DNA from: Octopus bimaculoides
Taxonomy: Eukaryota
Length of the DNA: 44,560 bases
Direction of reading: 5' to 3'
Assembly (NCBI RefSeq): GCF_001194135.2
Contig: NC_068982.1
Coordinates: forward strand, 88,815,406 to 88,859,965
Each line of letters begins with the position of its first letter. The first letter of the stretch is position 1. A program made the position numbers and the translations under genes. The notes under the pieces were generated by a model. The model ran no database searches and had not been told where the DNA came from. It was given only the letters and a program-made list of their open reading frames with translations. This document shows positions 35,131 to 44,560 of the stretch, piece after piece.

Positions 35131-35176
35131 CTTCACTTGAAAATCTTTTTAAATAAGTGAAACCGGTTAAGTTAAT
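35131..35176 (+). ncRNA. Second degenerate hammerhead-like copy (paralogous to 33700-33745)
   Basis: CTTCACTTGAAAATCTTTTTAAATAAGTGAAACCGGTTAAGTTAATAAA aligns with the revcomp of 33690-33745, including the downstream AATAAA...TGCATTTTC. Confidence 0.35.
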
Positions 35177-35248
35177 AAATATTTTTAACAGACTCCTGCA
35201 TTTTCAGATTCTTATCCTTATATATATGTGTCTATACATAATCATCTC

Positions 35249-35289
<41 letters not shown>

Positions 35290-35601
35290 ANNNNNNNNNN
35301 NNNNNNNNNNNNNNNNNNNNNNNNNNNNNNNNNNNNNNNNNNNNNNNNNNNNNNNNNNNNNNNNNNNNNNNNNNNNNNNNNNNNNNNNNNNNNNNNNNNN
35401 NNNNNNNNNNNNNNNNNNNNNNNNNNNNNNNNNNNNNNNNNNNNNNNNNNNNNNNNNNNNNNNNNNNNNNNNNNNNNNNNNNNNNNNNNNNNNNNNNNNN
35501 NNNNNNNNNNNNNNNNNNNNNNNNNNNNNNNNNNNNNNNNNNNNNNNNNNNNNNNNNNNNNNNNNNNNNNNNNNNNNNNNNNNNNNNNNNNNNNNNNNNN
35601 N

Positions 35602-35644
<43 letters not shown>

Positions 35645-35654
35645 CTGACATATA

Positions 35655-36210
35655 CAGGCTGCGTAAGATATTTGAGGACATATTTATGTTAATAAAATAA
35701 CAGATAATAACTCTCAACAACGCTCAACATGTCCAATGCATTGAGATCTGGGGAATTAGGAGACCAAATGTGATCAGGAAAATTTTCAGCCATCCACTCT
35801 TGCATTACTAGAGCCATGTGTGATAGTGCAGAGTCTTGCTGAAACACACGTGGCCTTCCATTATGTACACTGTCTATCCGGGCTTAACAATTATTTCCAA
35901 GACCTCAATCTAGGCGGAAGAGTCAACTCTAAGGCCTTGTGGAAAGAAATAAGGAGTCATCACATGTCCTTCATTGCTGACAACCCCTAAAACCATGACG
36001 GTTGCACGAAATTTTGTATACATGACAATTAGAACTTCAGAAAGGTCTGCACATAACCATACCTCATTTCTTCTGTTAACATGCCTATTCATTTCTTGAA
36101 TAAGCTGAGGGTTTGCCATTATTATTTTCTGAAACAAAGATTATACAGAGTTAGCAAAAATGCAGCAATGACCCCAAAAAGGTATGTCTTCAAATACCTT
36201 ACGTAGCCTG
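35655..36210 (-). mobile_element. Tc1/mariner (maT-like) internally deleted element
   Basis: TIRs CAGGCTGCGTAAGATATTTGAGGACATA / revcomp CAGGCTACGTAAGGTATTTGAAGACATA, TA on both sides. Peptides TKF.ATVMVLGVVSNEGHVM.P.FF.QGLRV, FQQDSA..H, SPDLN.LD. Confidence 0.85.
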
Positions 36211-37249
36211 TATATATATATATATATNNNNNNNNNNNNNNNNNNNNNNNNNNNNNNNNNNNNNNNNNNNNNNNNNNNNNNNNNNNNNNNNNNNNNNNNN
36301 NNNNNNNNNNNNNNNNNNNNNNNNNNNNNNNNNNNNNNNNNNNNNNNNNNNNNNNNNNNNNNNNNNNNNNNNNNNNNNNNNNNNNNNNNNNNNNNNNNNN
36401 NNNNNNNNNNNNNNNNNNNNNNNNNNNNNNNNNNNNNNNNNNNNNNNNNNNNNNNNNNNNNNNNNNNNNNNNNNNNNNNNNNNNNNNNNNNNNNNNNNNN
36501 NNNNNNNNNNTATATATGCATATATGTACATATGTGGATATGTTTTCATATATATATATATATATATGTAAGCATGTATGTATACACACACACGTGTATA
36601 CATGTGTGTATAAGCATGGAAGCATGTTTGAAAGTGTGATTATACAGCTAGTGGTTTGGTTGTAAACATTCAGATGCTTTGCCTACACAGTTTTATATTT
36701 TTAATAGATAAAATTTATATTTTTATACCATATACTTACATTAAAAGATCATGAATCAGGAAATTAGAACAGAATTCAAACCATGATGCCTGTTCGTTTT
36801 GCTGGCTTGCACTGCTTGTGACACAGCAGTAATCGTGAAAAAGTCAGATTCATTGATCAAGTGCTTGCCTTAACCTCCTTATAGATCAAGTGCTTTGGTA
36901 TACCCACGTTATTTCGCACCATGCGATATAACTCAATATTCCATCATCAGAGGATTTTAGTCATTGAAGCATAATGATTCGATCATATCTGTTCATCTTA
37001 AATCAGCCCTCTATCGTCTTAGTATTAGTGACAGCCTGCAATGTGTGTGTTTTGCATCTCCGGCGAAAACACTTCAATGATTTAAAAAATATGTTATGTA
37101 TGCGTTTTATGTATGACTCATCAGAAGTAATGACCAAATTAATACATGATATCAACACTGGTGTAATTCCTTTTGCAAAATGATTAAAACCATTTGCGAA
37201 CAAATTACCGAATGCTTAAAAAGAAAAAGGCATATGTATATATTTACAG

Positions 37250-37413
37250 CAATTTCAATGGCATCTTACCGTCGTCTGCCTATTGGAAAACAAATTTCCA
37301 AATATTCAAATGGAGTCCCTCCAAAATATTGGGATATAAGACCTATGGTCAAACTCGAAATTAATGTTGGTATTCCTTGGACATCATTGGATTGGATTAA
37401 TATGTCTATGTGT
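37250..37413 (+). CDS. Probable internal coding exon of an unidentified host gene (ISMASYRRLPIGKQISKYSNGVPPKYWDIRPMVKLEINVGIPWTSLDWINMSMC), phase 1 to 0
   Basis: Acceptor TATATTTACAG|, consensus donor TGT|GTAAGT, 164-nt open frame with protein-like composition in non-repetitive DNA. Confidence 0.6.
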
Positions 37414-37507
37414 GTAAGTGTGTCCATTGTGTGTATTTATATCTACTTACGTATAATGTAAAAATGTAAATTTTCATATATACACACATACATACATACA
37501 TACATAC

Positions 37508-37547
<40 letters not shown>

Positions 37548-38289
37548 CAAATAATAAATGAGTATATGCATATATACGTACAAGTATGTGCATNNNNNNN
37601 NNNNNNNNNNNNNNNNNNNNNNNNNNNNNNNNNNNNNNNNNNNNNNNNNNNNNNNNNNNNNNNNNNNNNNNNNNNNNNNNNNNNNNNNNNNNNNNNNNNN
37701 NNNNNNNNNNNNNNNNNNNNNNNNNNNNNNNNNNNNNNNNNNNNNNNNNNNNNNNNNNNNNNNNNNNNNNNNNNNNNNNNNNNNNNNNNNNNNNNNNNNN
37801 NNNNNNNNNNNNNNNNNNNNNNNNNNNNNNNNNNNNNNNNNNNNNNNNNNNNNNNNNNNNNNNNNNNNNNNNNNNNNNNNNNNNNNNNNNNNNNNNNNNN
37901 NNNNNNNNNNNNNNNNNNNNNNNNNNNNNNNNNNNNNNNNNNNNNNNNNNNNNNNNNNNNNNNNNNNNNNNNNNNNNNNNNNNNNNNNNNNNNNNNNNNN
38001 NNNNNNNNNNNNNNNNNNNNNNNNNNNNNNNNNNNNNNNNNNNNNNNNNNNNNNNNNNNNNNNNNNNNNNNNNNNNNNNNNNNNNNNNNNNNNNNNNNNN
38101 NNNNNNNNNNNNNNNNNNNNNNNNNNNNNNNNNNNNNNNNNNNNNNNNNNNNNNNNNNNNNNNNNNNNNNNNNNNNNNNNNNNNNNNNNNNNNNNNNNNN
38201 NNNNNNNNNNNNNNNNNNNNNNNNNNNNNNNNNNNNNNNNNNNNNNNNNNNNNNNNNNNNNNNNNNNNNNNNNNNNNNNNNNNNNNTCC

Positions 38290-41200
38290 AATTTAATAGT
38301 CACTATTGAAACCCCACTGAGTGGACTGCAAGCTTTTCCCCCAACTCTTAAATGGCTCTGAGAAGTCTATTTCTCTAAGCCAGCCTGGAGGGGGAGGGGA
38401 GTCGCAGTTCTCATGAAAACTCAGGATTTAGAGGTAAGAACTGTAGATCTGGGGTTGGGACCGATTGCTCGCCTTAGATGTGACGTACAATAGTGGTAAG
38501 TCCTTCAGGTTGGTGGCTGTCTATGCACCTTGCGCAGCTGGGCAGTCTGACCATTTCAGAAGCCTAGAGAATTTTCTAGGCACGTCGCTCACTTTAGCGT
38601 TGTTAGGAGACTTTTAAACAGTCTGCGATGCACGCGTAGGTTATGTTGGCTCGAATCCGGATAGGAGGGGAAACCTTTACCTCAGCGGTCTGCTAAATCG
38701 TTTTCAGCTGGCAGACCGATACAGATTGGATCACCCGGACGTTCCATTTTGGACATGGGTGAATAACGATGGGTATTCCAGACCTTATCTAGATAGGATT
38801 ATTGTTAGAATTAAAGATAGATATTGTTAAAGAACATAGCTAGTTGTCCAAAGCATCATATTGTCAACTACAGTGATCACAAATCTGAAACCTGTAGGTT
38901 TGATTTAGGTATTATGTGTAGACAGGGGCCCGGTTACTGGAAGCTAAACAGATCACTTTAGGCCTGTGAAGCCTACAGGGACTGGATTAGACAGTTAGTA
39001 ATGAGGCCATTATCAGGTACCTTTATTAACAAATGGTGGTGTGCCCTCAAAAAGCTATTAAATTTGAGACAATTAGATTTAGTAACGAGCTAATTAGTAA
39101 TAGAAATAGAATAGAAAGGGCTCTAGTTAAGGCTCTAGAAAAGGCAACGAGGTCTGCATGCAGAGTTTCAGCTGCGAAGATGGCGCTCGACAAACATCTC
39201 AAAGCTAAACACGAAGGGTGCATTGTCAGGGCTAAGTTACGTGCAATCGGACAAGAGGGAATCAACGTCGTCGGATGGGTCCACGTGGTAGAGAGCCAGC
39301 GCGGCAATAATGCAACAATACGGCCTTTGACGGACCAACATGGCTAACGTTCAGTAAACGAACCCTTTGAGGTGTGGATGGTTTTCACGAGCATTTCGCC
39401 CAGCTTTTGAGGAGGTGACGGGGCGAAGCGTAGGGAGGACCTCGCGGGCTTCTTCACCGGTTTACCGCGTCTCTCGAGACGAGAAGCGGAATACTGTGCA
39501 AAGCCAATCACAGCCTCGGATGTGGAGGAGGCATTGTCGGACTGCGGCGAGACAAGTCGCCTGGACTAGATGATCTCCCCTACTGTATTATACTATGCCA
39601 GACTTGTTTGGGCACCTACTAGCATGCGTCTACACCAACTGGTAGCAGAATTGGAGTATTTCTAGGTCTGTGCTCCTGCTAAGAAAGGACCCAAACAAGG
39701 GGGATGTAATTAATAATTTTCAGCTCATCACTGCTTAACGCAGAGCTTAAGATTTTGGCCAAGGTGTTAGCAAAAGGATTGGCGCTGGTCGTGGGTAAAC
39801 TTGTTGGAGAGTCGCAAATCTTCGATATCCTTGGTAGGTCGATTCACGACAATCTCCATCATATCCGATACACCTTAGAGAGGGTGAATAGAATTCCTGG
39901 TGAGAGCAGGGCTATGTTCCATTGAGACCAATCTAAAGCGTTTGGTAGGGTTGACCATCAGTATCTGGGGACGGTCCTTGCGGCGGCTGAGATTGGCCCG
40001 ACCTTCCGTGAGTGGATCACTGCTTTATATAGCAACATCGATTCGATCGTTCGGGTGAACGGTTTCTTTTCGGAACACTTCTGCATTGAGCGTTCTGTAC
40101 GGCAAGGGTGTCCACTCCTTCCCCTTCTGTATGTTTTGGCCCCCGAGCCATTGCTGAGGAAGTTGGAGGCTATGAGAGGTATCCCGCGAGATCTAGGGCG
40201 TGGAAAATCGGTTTCATCGTATGTGGCCAATAACTCTGTCATCGTATCCAGGGTCGAACATCTACAGTGAGTAGGTAAGGCCATAAAGGATTACAAAGCG
40301 CTGGCAGGAGTAAAAATTAACCGGAATAAGGCGGTCGGCTTGCAACTCGGCACCTGGAAAGGCAAGTGGATGCCACCCAACAACGTCGTGGGACGTTGGA
40401 CGGACCGGTTGAAATGCTAGTAGTCTGGTTTGGTCCGGACCGCCAGATACAGAAGAACTGGAGTGAGGCAGCGAGTAGGGTGGCTCTCCTAAATCAGACC
40501 TGATCTGAGCGTTACCTATCCCTGAAAGGGAGGGTAGAGGTTGCAGGTTTGTTTATCGCATCTGTAATTAACTACCGCCTGACCTTCGTACCTTGTCCAG
40601 ATTCGTAGCTGAACAAGTTGGAACGCATGCTCTGCCTCACGCTTCATTTCTTGCCAACAACTACTGAAATACAGGCTGGGGATGCCATGGCTAAAAATGC
40701 GCAGCAATGCACTGAGGCTGAGGCATCTTTGGCTCTACCTGGACGGTGAGCAGGTGTGGTCTCCGTTCGTCAGACTGTTGTTTCGCGGTTCACCTCTTTT
40801 AGTGAACTGAACCAATGGATTAAGCGTAGACCGAAGTTGGGGGCTTGGCAAGAAGATACAGGCACTTTGGATCCTCTCCCAGGCGGGCAACGCCGGCGGC
40901 GGGTTTCCACCTTGTCGTTTTATAAAGGATTGGTAGAGTTGAAGTGTGACGACGCTTTAGGAGAAACCCTGGACTTCGATGATAGTTAACTTGCCAGCCT
41001 GTACCGGAGATCATTCGGACCAGGGCCTACGGATAATTTCCAGAAGTCCTTGGTATGGCAATGCTACCGAGGAGCCTTACGTGTTCGGGATAAACTTTAC
41101 AGACATGGTTTTTCATCTACGCCAACGTGCTCAAGATACGAGCAGGACAGTGAAACTGTTCAGCACGCAATTGTACAGTGTCCGAAGATTTCGGAGCTAT

Positions 41201-41650
41201 GGGCTTATGTGGGGCAACTGCTGTTACGACTCTCGGAAGAGTACAACTTTCACCTGAGTCTATAATTAAGATTGTTCCGCCGACTGCCCTGAACAGGGAA
41301 GAGCAGTCTCCTTTCCTCTGTCGTAAAGGAGGTAGTATGGAAGACTGGAGAGAAGATGCTTGTCATTCGAGAAAAGATGGAAGATTGTTGCGAGCATGCT
41401 GAGAGTGAATGAACCTACTTGAGTGAGAACAAAAGGAAAAAACCGAAGTTTCTATGTTGGTAAGTGGTTTGTAGGGTTGGCCGCGTCCCTCACTCCATTC
41501 TGTTTTAATCCACTCAATTTTCGTACTTTTCATTTGTTTTTAACTTTATGTCTAACTTCATGTTATTAATTATTTGTTCCGCAACCCCTTGTCCGTTTCT
41601 GTAAAGCTTCCAGTCTGTATAGACCAACTTGATTCAATAAAAATCTCTTT
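38290..41650 (+). mobile_element. L1-clade (Tx1-like) LINE: APE endonuclease + RT ORF2 pseudogene and 3' UTR
   Basis: Peptides RLVAVYAP, LGDF, WTW, YLDRI, SDHK, GPGYWKLN, KILAKVLA, IHDNLH, NGFFSEHFCIERSVRQGCPLLPLLYVLAPEPLL, C..C...ETVQHAIVQC; U-rich 3' UTR with AATAAA near 41636. 5' end runs into a gap. Confidence 0.9.
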
Positions 41651-42379
41651 TATATTACCATTCCTGCTTATTATTTGTATTAACATTTTATCTCCTATTC
41701 CTATGTCACACACCGCACAGCACAAAACCGCCCACCACACACAACACAAAACATACTCCTCTCCCTCTTACGCACACACGAACGCACACATAACTCCACA
41801 CACACAGCCATCGATACACAACATATACTTCCGCACACACAACCCTCTACACACACAGCATACACACGTAAGGCACACAAACACATACACATACATATAC
41901 ACGCTCGTACATACACTTCCACGTACACACGTAACAATGTAACACAGAGATGGGTACACACATTTATACAGTGAGAGAACGCGTGACAGAATGACACACA
42001 AAGATAAACAAACACACACACTTACTCATACATGAGCATGCACACATACATATACATATACACAAACCCACTCTGTCCACAAACACATGCCAGCACACAC
42101 ACACACTACCCCTCACACATTCACCTACACACACTCGCACGCAAATGCACACGCACACAAGCGACGCACATATACCTCCACACACAACACACATACTCAG
42201 CACACACATACATGCACACACACACATGCACACGCATACATACAGACACGTACGTACACGCACATGCCCACACGCACACACACACACATAAACGCACAGA
42301 ACCCCCACACACAGAACCCTCACACTCATCAAACACACAACACGCATACATGCACACAAATACGCACACATACATACGT

Positions 42380-43013
42380 GGGATCCTGTTCAAAACGGGG
42401 GCACCAGTTTTCATTTATGTTTTATGTAGTGTTTTTGGTACCGAAAGACTTTCAAACTTCGTATACTTATCTATTTTGTGTTATAGAACAGAAAAAAAAT
42501 TTTGTATACGAATTTATTTCATGTAAAAAATTGTCTTATTTCGATAATTTCTACTAATCACTGACGTCTATTCAGTTGAAAACAGTTAGCGCTGTAACGG
42601 TGTATATCGTATTAATCTCTTAANNNNNNNNNNNNNNNNNNNNNNNNNNNNNNNNNNNNNNNNNNNNNNNNNNNNNNNNNNNNNNNNNNNNNNNNNNNNN
42701 NNNNNNNNNNNNNNNNNNNNNNNNNNNNNNNNNNNNNNNNNNNNNNNNNNNNNNNNNNNNNNNNNNNNNNNNNNNNNNNNNNNNNNNNNNNNNNNNNNNN
42801 NNNNNNNNNNNNAATAGACGTCAGTGATTGGTTGAAATTACAGAAATACGGCAACTTTAACATGAAATAACTTGCGATGTAGGTTTTTTTGTTAAGAAGA
42901 CTAAGAGTAAAAGATGTTTTATATGACACATTCTACCAGTGTCCCAAGTTTCAAAGTGTTTCGTTAAGAAAATACTGAGAAAATACTGGTGCCCCCGTTT
43001 TGAACAAGATCCC
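42380..43013. mobile_element. Foldback-type MITE with long imperfect TIRs
   Basis: Termini GGGATCCTGTTCAAAACGGGGGCACCAGT / ACTGGTGCCCCCGTTTTGAACAAGATCCC. Inverted similarity continues to CACTGACGTCTATT / AATAGACGTCAGTG (~190 bp arms). Flanking direct repeat ATACGT (42374-42379, 43014-43019). Confidence 0.85.
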
Positions 43014-43254
43014 ATACGTACACGTACATAAATGCACACACACACACACGCAAACCTGCACGCACACACACAGACACACACACACACACACACACGCGAA
43101 CACACATAAGCCTTCGCACAAACAACACACATACCTACAAAAACGTTCATAACCGCACACAAACATGTATACACACATACACGTCACACACACGACACAC
43201 ATACTTACATGCACCCACATACACACACGTACATTCGTGCACACACGCGAGCAA

Positions 43255-43483
43255 GGCGGCGAGCTGGCAGAAACGTTAGCACGCCGGGCGAAATGCTTCG
43301 CGGTATTTCGTCTGCCGCTACGTTCTGAGTTCAAATTCCGCCGAGGTCCACTTTGCCTTTCATCCTTTCGGGGTCGATTAAATAAGTACCAGTTACGCAC
43401 TGGGGTCGATATAATCGACTAATCTTTTGTCTGTACTTGTTTGTCCCCTCTGTGTGTAGCCCCTTGTGGGTAGTAAAGAAATA
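43255..43483 (+). mobile_element. tRNA-derived SINE with Meta/MESC-like central domain, well preserved
   Basis: GGCGGCGAGCTGGCAGAAACGTTAGC (A box), GAGTTCAAATTCC (B box), GCCTTTCATCCTTTCGGGGTCGATTAAATAAGTACCAG central domain. Confidence 0.85.
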
Positions 43484-44330
43484 ACACACGCACATAGACA
43501 CATGCACACATACAGGAATGTACATATAATTCCGCACATACACACACACCCGCGCACGGGCGCACACACGTGCATCACTCATCACAACACACGTACATAC
43601 GCACACGTACATACACACACAGACATACACTTCCACACTAACTCACATGCACATACACACACAGACATCCCCACACGCACACGCGAACACAGACACATAC
43701 AGAAAAGGAAAGACACCGATCACTCACATATACACATGTAAACAGTTAATACCACATATACTACCACACGCACAAACATCCACGCACGCAGTTATCGCCA
43801 CATATACACACGCTAGCTTACACACACACAGTATCACACACATATACCACTACCACCACGCGCAAACACGCACACACTCAGTTGCTCTCACACACACACA
43901 TTACAATACACACACATGCTATCACAAACACACGCGCGGGCACCCACACATACACACAGTTACCAACCATTTTTCGCACTCCCCTGTTTCAGAAAGCACT
44001 TTCTTTTTATTCATCTACTTCTGGTCATTCTAACCACATGTGGACTGTTAGCGATTTTTCCTCCGTCTTCCTTTTCTCTTGGACTTTCCATTGTGATAAA
44101 TAAATGTTCCACTATTGGCTGACTTCCATATCCATTGTTTCTACTATACTCAACGCAGATCCGGCAGAGATTGAGCAATTACTGGTGATGACGCGAGGTA
44201 GCCATAGGCAGTTGAACGTGCCTTGTCGGCATGCTACTAGGGACATACACAACAAGCAAACTTTAAATTTTAATTTTAAGTTTAAATTTTTATTTTAACT
44301 TACATATGTGTATTATTGTTATTGCCACAG

Positions 44331-44560
44331 GCATATTGATCTGATTGGCGAGACACTAAACGAGTATGAAGCGGTGACAGGTGCGAAAATTAACGCGGAA
44401 AAGTCAGTGAGCTTGCAACTAGGTACCTGGAGGGGCAAGTCCATGCCGTCCAACAGCGTCGTAGGGTGCTGGACAGACGGATCCGTTAAACTTCTCGGGG
44501 TTTGGTTCGGTCCGGACCTCCAGTTGGAGAAAAACTGGGAAGAAGTGACGAACAGGGTGG
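44331..44560 (+). mobile_element. Second Tx1-like LINE fragment (RT C-terminal part), runs off the window
   Basis: HIDLIGETLNEYEAVTGAKINAEKSVSLQLGTWRGKSMPSNSVVGCWTDGSVKLLGVWFGPDLQLEKNWEEV; homologous to 40260-40480. Confidence 0.85.

Larger units (their letters stand above)
41700..43960. repeat. Long degenerate CA/AC-rich cryptic repeat, interrupted by a MITE and a SINE
   Basis: Directly visible low-complexity ACAC-type sequence. Confidence 0.85.

Overview
Eukaryotic, AT-rich, gap-ridden (N-run) genomic DNA dominated by microsatellites and decayed transposons. The SINE/LINE families and TTAGGG-type repeats resemble an octopus (cephalopod) draft assembly; this is an inference from repeat content. 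Contents: many pseudogenised R4/Dong-clade (REL-endonuclease) LINE fragments sitting in (AAT)n tracts, a ~550-nt non-coding retroposon (3 copies) whose first ~105 nt match the 5' end of a Dong LINE copy, a ~3.3-kb Tx1/L1-clade LINE plus a second fragment, three Tc1/mariner relics, a hAT-like transposase relic, a probable solo LTR, several tRNA-headed SINEs, and two MITEs. One MITE has a 9-bp TSD, inverted telomeric-repeat arrays and a hairpin loop that is flipped between two adjacent copies. No complete protein-coding gene is visible, but several + strand exon-like segments (best: 37250-37413) may belong to one host gene with a divergent class III nucleotidyl-cyclase-like signature (tentative). 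Most ORFs in the supplied track are translations of microsatellites or N-gaps.
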